IMG/VR virus record: IMGVR_UViG_3300012940_001458
Span: 1-42,060 of that record
Length of the DNA: 42,060 nucleotides
Source of the DNA: a virus
Lineage: Duplodnaviria; Caudoviricetes
Strand: one strand, 5' to 3'
Positions within the stretch are counted from its first letter, which is position 1. Each line of letters starts with the position of its first letter. This document shows, one piece after another, positions 7,844 to 17,493 of the stretch. The translations under genes and the position numbers were made by a program. Under the pieces are notes generated by a model. The model was not told the origin of the DNA, made no database searches, and saw only the letters and a list, made by a program, of their open reading frames with translations.

Positions 7844-9420
7844 TTCAGCCCTTGCAATCGCAATAGCTCCTGCAAGACAGGAGATTGCGGCTCATTCTGG
7901 TTGGCTGCACTGCCCATGATCAGCGCCGCCAAGGCCTTTTGCGTATCTGGCGCGACGAGCGGGATGTCCTGCTGAGCGCCCGTCGCTAGAAGCGAGCGCA
8001 ACTTGTCGGCTCGCTTGATCGTGCCGCGATCGGCCAGGAACTTTGCCCCTTGCGCGACAACCGGAACTGCCGCCATGGCCGGGTTATGGGCGATAGCCCC
8101 AACATTCAGGGCCGTCATCAGCCCGTTTCCGCCCGGCGCCATCTTGCCGACGCCGCGCAACAGGTTTTCCCCCCTGCCCTGCGTAATGAGGAGCTTGAGC
8201 GCCGCCAGTTCGTCGGGAGAGTACCCCATCGTGCGCTTGGGGTTGTCGAGGATCGCTCGCGCCTTCTGCCGGACGGCATTGTTGACATTGCCACCAGAGC
8301 CCGAGGATGCGGCGGCATTACGCGCCTTGTCCATGGAGCGGTCGAAGTCCTCAACCTTACGATAGCGTGTGTTCAGGGCGCGTGCCTGGTTGATCAGGCT
8401 GTTCGCAGCAACCGGATCGCCGGCCAGAACGTCCTTACCCCCGGCCTTGGCGATAAAGTCATCAAGGGCATTGTTGAACTGATAGCCCCAATAACGCTCC
8501 GCGCCATCCGACGACTTAATGAGATCGCGCGCAATCGTCTGCCGCAGCTCGTCCAGTTGTCCAAGCGTAGGCGAAGTCCCTGCCAATCCCTCGATTTCCG
8601 CCAGCATGGATGCCGCCTTAGGGTGGCGCATCGGGTTGATTTTCGCTCCTGCCGTCTTCATGTCCTGCACAAGCCGATTCATAGCTTGCGGGGCATATTG
8701 CACGCCAAGATCATCGGCCGCTTTGTAGGCGGCGCTTTTTTGAGAACGCAATTCGTCCAGTGTCGGGGCAGCTACCTTCATCCCGCCGCGTTCGATGGCA
8801 TTTGAGATAGCCAGCGGGGTCATCCCGCCAATGGCCTCACCAGCTATCTCAGCATAGGGATTGTCCGGGAACGCTTGCTGCATCCCTGCTGCGCCTGCTC
8901 CGGCTCCGAGGGCGCTCGCAGCTTCGGTTACAGCCACACGCGCCGGAGAAGTGGCCTTTGATACTGTCCCCAATCCGGGGATAAGCATCGCGCCAGCCTC
9001 TTGCCCGACACGGCGGGCGAATCGCCCCATGCCGTCATCGGTTTCCGGCTTGATCGCCCCAAAAGTGTCGGCAAGATCGCGGTAGCGCGCGCCCATGTCA
9101 GGCAGGATGCTTTCAGTCGGCAGCTGGACATTGCCGCCCATCGAATTGACTACAGCGGGGCCGATGGAGCGCAATCCAAGCTCTACCGTGTTCGGCAGGC
9201 TCAGGGTGTTGGCGATGCCCTCATTGACACCGGATAGCCCTTGCATGAGCGGGCTATTGGGATCTGATGGCATGCCGCTCAGAGCGCCTGCCCCGGCGTC
9301 AATGCTCGGATCGATGAGAGGCAAGCCCATGAAGCCGGTCGGGCGCCCCTGCGGCTGCGCTGATGCCTGCGCCTGCCGGGCCCGGGCAAGAGCAATCGCC
9401 CTCTGCTGTTCAAGCGTCAT
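7840..9420 (-). CDS. DNA ejection (internal virion) protein, P22 gp16-like position
   Basis: Ala/Gly-rich helical protein, last of three ejection genes; ATGA overlap places the start at 9420. Confidence 0.75.
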   Translation of the reverse strand: MTLEQQRAIALARARQAQASAQPQGRPTGFMGLPLIDPSIDAGAGALSGMPSDPNSPLMQGLSGVNEGIANTLSLPNTVELGLRSIGPAVVNSMGGNVQLPTESILPDMGARYRDLADTFGAIKPETDDGMGRFARRVGQEAGAMLIPGLGTVSKATSPARVAVTEAASALGAGAGAAGMQQAFPDNPYAEIAGEAIGGMTPLAISNAIERGGMKVAAPTLDELRSQKSAAYKAADDLGVQYAPQAMNRLVQDMKTAGAKINPMRHPKAASMLAEIEGLAGTSPTLGQLDELRQTIARDLIKSSDGAERYWGYQFNNALDDFIAKAGGKDVLAGDPVAANSLINQARALNTRYRKVEDFDRSMDKARNAAASSGSGGNVNNAVRQKARAILDNPKRTMGYSPDELAALKLLITQGRGENLLRGVGKMAPGGNGLMTALNVGAIAHNPAMAAVPVVAQGAKFLADRGTIKRADKLRSLLATGAQQDIPLVAPDTQKALAALIMGSAANQNEPQSPVLQELLRLQGLN

Positions 9421-11237
9421 TGCCATAGGGCGCGATCCTCTGGTGACATGAACTTCCAAAGCGCAGGGTCGCCCGACCACCCTTCAGGCGCAGTCGGGGC
9501 GCTGTAATCGATGCTGGACTTTTGGGACCGTGAACTGCCTGGCTGCTCAAGCTCGCCCGTATCCAGATTGTACCGAGGCCCATTCCCCTTGCCGTCGATA
9601 ATGTCGCGATAGATGTTAGACACGCGCTTGAGATTGTATTGAAGCTGAGCCGTATCTTGGCCTGGGTCCAGATTACCAATTGCGGCCTGTAGCAGCTTGT
9701 TTTCTTGCTCGGAAACCTGCCCAAGTGCGCCGCCAGTCGGGGATGCGTCACGCATGGCCTGCAAGCGGTCAAAGCCGGCATTGGCCTTCACCGTGTCGAT
9801 AAGGGCGTTGGTCTGGTAGGCGGGTAGGCCTGGCAGGCCCTTGGTGACGGCAGCCCCCATGCCTGTGGTCAGCATCGGATTGGCATCGATCTGCTGCAAG
9901 GCGCGGTCAATGTCGTCAACAACGATCCCGGCAGATGTAGCTTTTGAGGTCTGGCCCGCCGCCTGCTGTTCTTGAGCGAGGCGGGCCTTTTCATCTTGAG
10001 GGCCGTTCGGGACGGTGACGATTTCCGGCAACCCGGTTTGCGGATCAACCCACACCGAACCATCTGGATTGCGGCGGTAGTCCTGTCCAAAAGGTGCCGC
10101 CGCAAACTGTTGGCCATTGGGGCCGACGCTGATGTTCGTCGCCCCCGCCTTGCGCATATCCTTCTGGAAGTCTGCAAAGGAGCCTTGATAACCCTGCCCG
10201 ACCGCGAAGTTATATTCGCGAATGTCGTCGGTATCCTTCGGCGTCGGGTTGCGCAGCGCATCGATTTCAAGCTGCGATTTCTCAAGACCAAGCTGATATG
10301 CCGGGTCTTGCTGCTTTAGCTGCGTTTCGATCATCGTGTTGATCGCGCCACGCTGCCCTTCCGAGAGCCAGGGGTTGGCGGAAAGCATCAGAAGCTCGTT
10401 GAGGTCGGGACCGGACTGTTGCGGAGGAAGGGAACCCCCGCCGGGAAATGGCTGGCCTGCCGCCATCGCAGTAGTTGCTTGCTCTGGCGTGTTGGCGACA
10501 TCCGGAAGGTTCAGCGAACGGGCGATGCTGCTCACTGCCGGCAAATACTCGCTGCCCGTAGCGTAGCCGGACTCACCTAGAGCCTGCAATTGTGCATCAA
10601 GGCCGCGAGCATTACGCAAGGCGCTATATCGAGGGTTAGAGAGGATGAAGTCGGCATAGCCAGCAACGCTGTCTTCCGGGCTGTCATAGGCCCGGAAACT
10701 GTCCTGCGTGCGAATGCGCCTGCCGTTGACTTCCTCGTCGGTCGCAAGCGTGTTGCCGCCCGGCATCCCATGGCTCTTGATGCCAAAGAAGTTGTTCCCC
10801 GGCGCATGCCGTCCCCATCCTGTCTCCTGTGCCGACTGCGCAATGATGATGCGCGGATCGATGCCGGTGCGCTTCGAGGCTTCCAAGGCGCTCGGGAGCA
10901 GCGCATTGACGAACTCTTGCTGATCACCAGAAAACGAAACCGGGGAGGAACTTGCATCAGGTGAAGCCGTCGCAGGCCCATATCCGCCAAGGGCCGAGGG
11001 GTCGCCCATCAACGCCTTGGTGAAGGCGTCCTGAGCGCTCGCTGTGCCTGCCTGTTCCGCCGCATCGGCGCGCTGATTGGTGATGTTGGCGACGATTCCG
11101 TCAGCAATGGCGCCGAAGCCCTCGCCCACGTTCTGAGGCGACAGCGAGCGCCCCATGATCGCCTCGGCAAGAGCGCGCTTACGGGCGACGGATTGCGGCG
11201 TTTCGCCTGTGTTGCCACCGAAGATATACTGAGCCAT
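9417..11237 (-). CDS. Ejection protein with GH73 glucosaminidase (FlgJ-like) peptidoglycan hydrolase domain
   Basis: IIIAQSAQETGWG, NNFFGIK, FRAYDSPEDSV..Y, NPRY and GYAT motifs. Confidence 0.88.
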   Translation of the reverse strand: MAQYIFGGNTGETPQSVARKRALAEAIMGRSLSPQNVGEGFGAIADGIVANITNQRADAAEQAGTASAQDAFTKALMGDPSALGGYGPATASPDASSSPVSFSGDQQEFVNALLPSALEASKRTGIDPRIIIAQSAQETGWGRHAPGNNFFGIKSHGMPGGNTLATDEEVNGRRIRTQDSFRAYDSPEDSVAGYADFILSNPRYSALRNARGLDAQLQALGESGYATGSEYLPAVSSIARSLNLPDVANTPEQATTAMAAGQPFPGGGSLPPQQSGPDLNELLMLSANPWLSEGQRGAINTMIETQLKQQDPAYQLGLEKSQLEIDALRNPTPKDTDDIREYNFAVGQGYQGSFADFQKDMRKAGATNISVGPNGQQFAAAPFGQDYRRNPDGSVWVDPQTGLPEIVTVPNGPQDEKARLAQEQQAAGQTSKATSAGIVVDDIDRALQQIDANPMLTTGMGAAVTKGLPGLPAYQTNALIDTVKANAGFDRLQAMRDASPTGGALGQVSEQENKLLQAAIGNLDPGQDTAQLQYNLKRVSNIYRDIIDGKGNGPRYNLDTGELEQPGSSRSQKSSIDYSAPTAPEGWSGDPALWKFMSPEDRALWQ

Positions 11238-11239
11238 GG

Positions 11240-12226
11240 TTATGCCCTCAAGGCGAGATCATAATCGACGTAGCGCAGGCCCTTGCGGTGCTTGACGGCC
11301 TGTGGGTTGTCGCGCTCGACTTCCGAGGCCATGAGGCCGATGCGCTTCGGCGCGCTGTCCGGTTCGCCCTTATAGCGATAGGAGTAGATGCCAAGGTCTT
11401 TGCCGGGGACCGTGCCGATCTTCTTCTTGGCCCTCTTGGCATTGTCATCGCTGAGCGAGATCAGCTTGCCGGCGCCGCCCATCAAGCCCCCCAAAAGGGC
11501 CTGATTGTTGGACCATTGATTGACGCGGTTCTGATAGTCGGACTGAATGATGCCAGCAACATCGGTCGTTGGGATTTGCGGCTGCGTCGTGTTGACGTAA
11601 TTGGGTTGGCTGACCTGTGAGCCGGAGAGCAGCGCCGAAATCGTATTGACCGGCAGCGTGTATTGGTCTCTGGCTTCGTTGTAAGCCTGCGAGCGGCCCG
11701 ATAACGCCAACTGGTTCAACTGGTCGGTATTGGCGTTCGTGAGCCGCTGCATCTCAGCGTTCCATGCCGCCGATCCCTCGCGAATGCCGGAATTGAGCAG
11801 TTTTGTCCGCAACGCTTCCTCGTTGCGCTGCTGCTGCGGCAGGATACGCCCCGAAGCGATGTCAAAGGCCCAATTCTCAGCGTCGTGATTGTCGAAGCTG
11901 AACGGGTCCTGTAGCCCTGCCTGCGCATTGCTGCTTAGGGTATTCGCCAGCCCAGCCAGATTTCCCTTGGCGCCGTTAACCTGTTCTTGGATGGCCTGCT
12001 GTTCCGGCGAAAGCGTCTGCGTGGCCGTGAAGGTCGGCACGTCATAGGTTTTGCCGGTATAAGGGTCCTTCCAGGAGTACGAGCCGGTCTGATCGTATGT
12101 CAGCGAGCCATCAGGCGTAATCTGGTTCACATTGCCCAGATTTGCATTGGCAATGGCCGTGGCGACGTTTGTGCCGGTAGAGGCTGCGGCGGTCTCTTTG
12201 GGATCAGGGGCTTTTGGGGCGCACAT
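11240..12226 (-). CDS. Ejection/pilot protein with C-terminal peptidase S74-like (intramolecular chaperone) domain
   Basis: Gln/Asn-rich body; C-terminal SD..K..I..IYSYRYK..IGLMASEVE..P.AV..VDY. Confidence 0.75.
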   Translation of the reverse strand: MCAPKAPDPKETAAASTGTNVATAIANANLGNVNQITPDGSLTYDQTGSYSWKDPYTGKTYDVPTFTATQTLSPEQQAIQEQVNGAKGNLAGLANTLSSNAQAGLQDPFSFDNHDAENWAFDIASGRILPQQQRNEEALRTKLLNSGIREGSAAWNAEMQRLTNANTDQLNQLALSGRSQAYNEARDQYTLPVNTISALLSGSQVSQPNYVNTTQPQIPTTDVAGIIQSDYQNRVNQWSNNQALLGGLMGGAGKLISLSDDNAKRAKKKIGTVPGKDLGIYSYRYKGEPDSAPKRIGLMASEVERDNPQAVKHRKGLRYVDYDLALRA

Positions 12227-12228
12227 AA

Positions 12229-12705
12229 TCAGGCCTCATCAAAAAAATACGTCATGGCTTCGGCGGTATGCTTGAAGCCCATTCGCTGCCAGATTTTGCC
12301 GACGCGGAGATCGGTCATCGCAGTGACATGCACCCGCTGGATGCCGCGCTTTTGGAGATCGGCAAGAATGAACTTCACCAACTTGCGCCCCACGCCATTG
12401 CGATGCTCAGGGACAACGAAGATCGTGTCTTCCTGCGCAATTGGCGTGCTGTTGTGCATGTCGAGTGCGAGATAGACGTTGCTGTAGCCGACTGCATCGC
12501 CGACCTCAGTGCGGACGGTGTAGTTGAGCAATTCCCCCGCCTGCCACGCCCGCACATACGCATCGATACGCGGGTTGAACTCCGGCACAGTCATGCCGTC
12601 ACGCTCAAGGCGCTCCCGCATTTCCCGGTAGTGCTGGGCATAGAGCGGGAACAACTCGGGCAGGTTTTCCCAGCCGCGCTCCTCGGCAAAACGATATTCT
12701 GTCAT
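12229..12705 (-). CDS. GNAT-fold acetyltransferase-like virion morphogenesis protein
   Basis: IFVVPEHRNGVGRKL acetyl-CoA motif A and WQRMGF; ATGA overlap start at 12705. Confidence 0.85.
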   Translation of the reverse strand: MTEYRFAEERGWENLPELFPLYAQHYREMRERLERDGMTVPEFNPRIDAYVRAWQAGELLNYTVRTEVGDAVGYSNVYLALDMHNSTPIAQEDTIFVVPEHRNGVGRKLVKFILADLQKRGIQRVHVTAMTDLRVGKIWQRMGFKHTAEAMTYFFDEA

Positions 12706-14627
12706 GTGACCGGATCGCCTGCGGTAAACAGCACATCGGTGCGGATGATTTCGATATCGAGCGGCGTCAGTGCTGCCGAGGTGATCTGGATAGCCGGGGC
12801 ATGAACTTCCCCCGCCCCGAATTGCATGCGCCACTTGTCAACGATCTGCGCATCTGGCGACACGCCCCAGGAATCGACGCCCCAAATCATCGTTCCCCAA
12901 TTCGAGCCCCTGGCCGGAACCGTGGCAGCAGGAGCGGCGGGCAGCTTGACGCGATAGTCGGTCTGGTTGGCGATCTTTTCCTCGACAGCCTGCGCGCTGC
13001 GAAACACGGCGCGCGCCATGCTGACGGTCTTGTGCCCCGGCACGTCCATCTGATCCCAGACCGGCATGTAAACGCAGGTATAGGGCTCGCCATCATCCGC
13101 GCCGGAAACATTGGCCTCGAACACACAACCGTTTTCAGCGCCGAAAAACAACCGACCGTCGAAGACATGCAGGCACGTCGCGGCCCAATTCGTGAACGGC
13201 GCCCATTTCCCCGTGCGCGAGTTCATTACCCAGAAGCCGTCAGGACGGCCGGCAAATCCGGGAAGCGCTACCGCCACCATCTGGGCATCAGTCCATAGCG
13301 TGGCCTCCCACAGGGCTCCGGGACGGCGCTGCACCTCTTTCGGCCATTCCGCTTCGATAGGGGCAGACAGGGACGATGCTGACAACTGGCTGAAATCGCG
13401 GCTCAGCGCTTGAGAGAGAGGAACAAGGCCAATATCGGTTGCAACGGCAAGATCGCCGCCGATCTGCACAAAACAGCGGTCCCCGAGAGGCTTGCCGGTG
13501 CGATAGATGCCCACCTGAGCCCATGAAGCGGCATCGCCAGGATTGTCGCCCTGATAGACCGCAACCTCGCCCTCGGACGAGAACACCGTCCACAGCGCAT
13601 TGAGGCCGTCGCCAACGTCTTGTGACCAGATGGCGCCGAAAACCAGCGTACCGCCAAGCGGCAATTCACCACCGAGCGGGAATTTCTTCAACTCGCCCGC
13701 GAGCTGCCCAACCGGCAGATACCAAACGTTCGTCGTGCCCTTCTGGATGAAGAACAAACGCTGCTTATACATCCAGACATAGGCCAAATCGGCAGTCGTC
13801 AGGCTCGTTGAGCCATCAAACGTCATGTTCGTGGCCGGAACCAGCGAGCCGGCGCCATTGGCTGTTGCGCCGCCGCCCTCACCGTCCGTTATGGTCTCGT
13901 CGTCCTGAAAGGGCCCGCCCGTGATGCCGGTGAGGTAAAGCGTGCCGGTATCGTCGCCATTGTCCACGATGCGATAGATCGTTGCCGTCGCGCCTGACGT
14001 GCCGCCGGTCAACGTTTCGCCTTCGGTAAAGGCAGCCGTGGCCGCGTCATAGTCGAGCCCGGTTACGCCGCCCGAAACCTGCGGGAAAAAGGTCGTGCCG
14101 TCATAGACGAAGCTATCGTCCGTACCATTCACGCCGATCAGGTATTCATCACCGCTCGAAGACTGGAACCGCGCCACGATCCAACGGCCATTGGTGTTCG
14201 GGAACACGTCCAGCCCATCGGTGGAACTGACGCCGATATAGTCGTCGTTTTCGGTGACGATGTAGTCGTCGTCCTCCGTCCCTATCGTCATATTTTCGGG
14301 ACTCGGAACCGTCGTGATGTTGTAGATTGCCTCGTCGTCCGAGGCGAAAAGCTGCTTGTTGTTCCCGCTGATGTAGGAGAACACCGAGCGCACCGTGTTC
14401 AGCCCCGAACCGAGCGTGGCGTACTTCATCTTGCCGCGCCTGGTGATGGCGCCGGTAGGGGTCGGGAACCAGTTTTCCAGCCTATAGGCCGCGCCGGGAA
14501 CGGAAACCGCCAGGTTGTTCGTTGCCAGCCATCCAAGGGACGGGCCTTGAAAGGTGTAGGCCTTGTAGCTCTTGGGCTTCTTGGCAGATTTGCGCGGATC
14601 AACGCGAGCGGGACGAATGAAATTCAT
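12702..14627 (-). CDS. Tail nozzle / packaged-DNA stabilization protein (P22 gp10-like)
   Basis: 641-aa beta-rich protein (LENWFP..., YKQRLFF) between adaptors and ejection genes. Confidence 0.75.
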   Translation of the reverse strand: MNFIRPARVDPRKSAKKPKSYKAYTFQGPSLGWLATNNLAVSVPGAAYRLENWFPTPTGAITRRGKMKYATLGSGLNTVRSVFSYISGNNKQLFASDDEAIYNITTVPSPENMTIGTEDDDYIVTENDDYIGVSSTDGLDVFPNTNGRWIVARFQSSSGDEYLIGVNGTDDSFVYDGTTFFPQVSGGVTGLDYDAATAAFTEGETLTGGTSGATATIYRIVDNGDDTGTLYLTGITGGPFQDDETITDGEGGGATANGAGSLVPATNMTFDGSTSLTTADLAYVWMYKQRLFFIQKGTTNVWYLPVGQLAGELKKFPLGGELPLGGTLVFGAIWSQDVGDGLNALWTVFSSEGEVAVYQGDNPGDAASWAQVGIYRTGKPLGDRCFVQIGGDLAVATDIGLVPLSQALSRDFSQLSASSLSAPIEAEWPKEVQRRPGALWEATLWTDAQMVAVALPGFAGRPDGFWVMNSRTGKWAPFTNWAATCLHVFDGRLFFGAENGCVFEANVSGADDGEPYTCVYMPVWDQMDVPGHKTVSMARAVFRSAQAVEEKIANQTDYRVKLPAAPAATVPARGSNWGTMIWGVDSWGVSPDAQIVDKWRMQFGAGEVHAPAIQITSAALTPLDIEIIRTDVLFTAGDPVT

Positions 14628-15232
14628 GGCATCCGCTCCGCGCCGTCTGCCGTGGCCCTATCGGACAACATGGCTTCGAACTCGGCAAGATTGTCCTGAT
14701 AATCAGCCCCGATATGCCGGCGCAGGCGCCAGATAGCGCCGCGCGTAATCAGGTTCTCATCGATCACGGCAGTGTCGGTGTTATCGGCCATTGCCGTTTT
14801 GTTGCCCGCCACCCAATTGCCGGAGATGTATTGGATGCGGATGTTCACACCTTCTGCCGGATAGGGGAAAAATCCGACCTGCTTGCCGGAAATGCGATAA
14901 AAGCGCGGCGTGCCCTGCGTTTGGTCCAGAGAGAACCATTCGTCGGCGCTGAGACCGCCCCGGATGGCTGCGCCGCCCGCAATCCGCATGCTCATGCCGC
15001 GAACGAGCCGGGCATAGTCATCAGCGAGCGGATACATGGCATCAAAGCCGGTGGCCTCGATATTCTGGATTTTGCGCAGCACGGACCAATCGACGCGCCG
15101 GGCGCATTCGTCCCCCGCCTCGTTGATGAACTGCACCAGCTTGACGATATCGTCGTCATCGCCTTGAGCCGTGTCAGGCGGCTCAAGGCTGGCGTTCTTG
15201 GCTACCGCTTGCGCTATCGTGAGCAGGGTCAT
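14624..15232 (-). CDS. Head-tail adaptor protein
   Basis: MTLLTIAQ start with ATGA overlap; YPLADDY, GTPRFY and FFPYP pattern; position. Confidence 0.7.
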   Translation of the reverse strand: MTLLTIAQAVAKNASLEPPDTAQGDDDDIVKLVQFINEAGDECARRVDWSVLRKIQNIEATGFDAMYPLADDYARLVRGMSMRIAGGAAIRGGLSADEWFSLDQTQGTPRFYRISGKQVGFFPYPAEGVNIRIQYISGNWVAGNKTAMADNTDTAVIDENLITRGAIWRLRRHIGADYQDNLAEFEAMLSDRATADGAERMP

Positions 15233-15759
15233 GGGGTGCACCCCGCGACACGAACGGACTTATTGCTGTAGCGCGCCCGCTCATCTTCGACCTTGATCGC
15301 CATAAGCTCGCCCGTAAGCGCCTGATCCATTCCGGTCGCGAGATCGGGAAGGTTCAGATGCTTTGCGGCCTGATAGGCCGTTGCGAACAGGTAGGCATCG
15401 GGGAACTGCTCCAAGAGCCAGTTCGAGGACGTGGGAGAGGTCGTGATGGTCGGAATCTTAGCGTAATAGCAGATGCCATCCGGAAACGTGCGATACGGCT
15501 TGCGGTAGAGCGTGCCATTCGACGCGCTGAGCTGATTGTCGCTGCCGACAAGCTGCTCGAAATCATCGGGCAGCGGGGCTTCGTTGCCGGTCCATGCTGG
15601 CGTGAACTCGACAATCTGCCATTGCGTGCGCAGACGCCGGTTAAGGACGATTTCCGCCTGCAAGACGAGGCGCTGCATGACGTCCGAGATTTCGCGGCTA
15701 CCGACGAGATCGGAAACCGCAAAGCGGAGGTCCAAGTAGTCAGCAAGAGGACCGGCCAT
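15229..15759 (-). CDS. Second adaptor-family protein
   Basis: QAE..LNRRLR, PLPDDF, YYAKIP, SNWLL..PDAYL. Confidence 0.7.
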   Translation of the reverse strand: MAGPLADYLDLRFAVSDLVGSREISDVMQRLVLQAEIVLNRRLRTQWQIVEFTPAWTGNEAPLPDDFEQLVGSDNQLSASNGTLYRKPYRTFPDGICYYAKIPTITTSPTSSNWLLEQFPDAYLFATAYQAAKHLNLPDLATGMDQALTGELMAIKVEDERARYSNKSVRVAGCTP

Positions 15760-16092
15760 CTATACCCTGCCTTCCTTGACGCGCCATGCGGCGTTGTCGC
15801 TATCGTTCAGCCAGCGCGACAGATACTTGTCGTCGCCCTGCTGGATAGCTTTGTTGAGCCCAAGATTGTCGTCGTAGAGCAATTGCATGGGAACGGAGGC
15901 GATGCGGTGATAATCGCCCTTCCAGCCGGTCGGGGCAGCGTTGCGAGCATCGGTGTTGGCATCGATGGTGGCGGCAACGGGTGTGTCGGTGCGGATGACC
16001 ACGTTGCCGCGCTCATCATAGGTACGCCACACCGTGCGACCGGTAGCGGCGTCCCAGTCCATCAACTCCCAATCGCCGTCCATCACCCGCAT
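15760..16092 (-). CDS. Conserved phage virion-module protein
   Basis: 110 aa, IASVP..., WLNDSDNAAWR; tightly packed. Confidence 0.7.
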   Translation of the reverse strand: MRVMDGDWELMDWDAATGRTVWRTYDERGNVVIRTDTPVAATIDANTDARNAAPTGWKGDYHRIASVPMQLLYDDNLGLNKAIQQGDDKYLSRWLNDSDNAAWRVKEGRV

Positions 16093-16095
16093 GGT

Positions 16096-16410
16096 TCAGC
16101 CCTTCACGCGGGACAGCGCGCCGGACTCGATACCATCAAGAGCCGCTTCGACCGTGGCATCGAAAATGCCACCCTTACGGTGGCGGACGCCGTTTTCGTC
16201 CCAGAAGTCGCGATTGATGCGCACCGGGACAGTGGCAGGCGCGGCACCGCCGGGCTTGCCGTCATGATCGTGATCGCCCTTGCCGCCGAACGGCTCATTC
16301 TTCGCCGGCTCAGCCAGCTTCGCATCGATTTCCTGCTGGATGCGCTCGTCGTTCCAGCGGCCATCAATCTTGATACCGAGTTCTTCGGCCTGCTTTTTCA
16401 GGTCGGACAT
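16096..16410 (-). CDS. Virion-module hypothetical protein
   Basis: GGAGA RBS before MSDLKKQAEELGIKIDGRW. Confidence 0.7.
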   Translation of the reverse strand: MSDLKKQAEELGIKIDGRWNDERIQQEIDAKLAEPAKNEPFGGKGDHDHDGKPGGAAPATVPVRINRDFWDENGVRHRKGGIFDATVEAALDGIESGALSRVKG

Positions 16411-16423
16411 TGTTTTCTCCATG

Positions 16424-16450
16424 AAAAAGGCCCCGCCCGAAGGCGAGGCC
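16424..16450 (-). terminator. Intrinsic terminator after the major capsid gene
   Basis: Minus strand GGCCTCGCC-TTCG-GGCGGGGCC-TTTTT (cUUCGg loop). Confidence 0.9.
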
Positions 16451-16475
16451 CGATGATGTGGAAAGCCAGGATGGC

Positions 16476-17468
16476 TTAGGACGCGTCGGTCAGGCCATAG
16501 AGGTCCGCCACAACGCCGATACCGGCCTCGTTGTGAACCTTAAGCGTGCCCTCACCGATGAGGACGAACTTCTTGTTGTCACCGGTACGCGCCACGTTCT
16601 TGTCCTCGTGAATCTTGCGAAGCCAGAGGAAAGACAGCATGGACGTGTCGGTGAAGAAGGCATTTCGGGCCACGGCAGCCGAGGTAGCCATGACACGGTT
16701 CGGCTTGATGTAAACCTTGCCGAACGGGCCTTCATAGATATCCGCATTGGCAATGATGCTGTTGCGGTTGCCGTCGCTGACAGCCTGGCGCCAAGCGGCA
16801 GTGTTCGACGCGCCGATGAAGGTGACGAATACCGACTTCACGTAGGGCGACACATAGACGTTGCGGAAGTTCGCGCCGGACAGATAGCCCTGCTGCATCA
16901 CGTCATCCATCTGAGCCTTGGTGAAGGCGCGCTGCGTGCCGTTCGTCGCGGCCACGGTGAGGCCGGTATTGATATCGAAACCGCCATTGGAGCCGCCAGA
17001 ACCGCGATCCACGTTGGTTTCAATCCAAGTCGGCAGGCCGCCAAACTCGCGAGTAGCACCGGCAACGGACGCGTTGTTGGTGACGATCGCAAGCTCGACA
17101 TCCTTGCGCAGTTCGACGCCGCGCTTGGCCTTCTGGCGCTTCACCTTATTGGCGTTGCCAGCCTGCGTCACGGCTTCCTGCGTTTCGGAAATAATACCAG
17201 TCTTGCGCATGATCTGCGTGTAGTTGCCGATCCGATCCGGGGTGTCGCCAGCATCGAAGGCATAGTCGTCGCCTTCGGTCTGGATATTCTCGCCAGGCGC
17301 CTTGAGTTCGTCCACTTCCCATTCAGGGTGAACGGACTTGGAAGTGCCCTTGGCAATGTCCGAATAGATCGGCGTATCTTCCGGGGTGATCATGTTGATC
17401 ACGTCCGAAAGCTCTTCCTTGTTGCCCACCGAGGTCGTGGTGAGCTGGGTATTAGCGGGAGCGGCCAT
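16476..17468 (-). CDS. Major capsid protein (DUF5309/SU10-like)
   Basis: EELSDVI.MI.P.DTP, HPEW..D.L, NYTQI.RK, ELRKDVE; strong AGGAGG RBS; follows the scaffold gene. Confidence 0.9.
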   Translation of the reverse strand: MAAPANTQLTTTSVGNKEELSDVINMITPEDTPIYSDIAKGTSKSVHPEWEVDELKAPGENIQTEGDDYAFDAGDTPDRIGNYTQIMRKTGIISETQEAVTQAGNANKVKRQKAKRGVELRKDVELAIVTNNASVAGATREFGGLPTWIETNVDRGSGGSNGGFDINTGLTVAATNGTQRAFTKAQMDDVMQQGYLSGANFRNVYVSPYVKSVFVTFIGASNTAAWRQAVSDGNRNSIIANADIYEGPFGKVYIKPNRVMATSAAVARNAFFTDTSMLSFLWLRKIHEDKNVARTGDNKKFVLIGEGTLKVHNEAGIGVVADLYGLTDAS

Positions 17469-17493
17469 TATGGCCTCCTATGATGAAGCCGGC

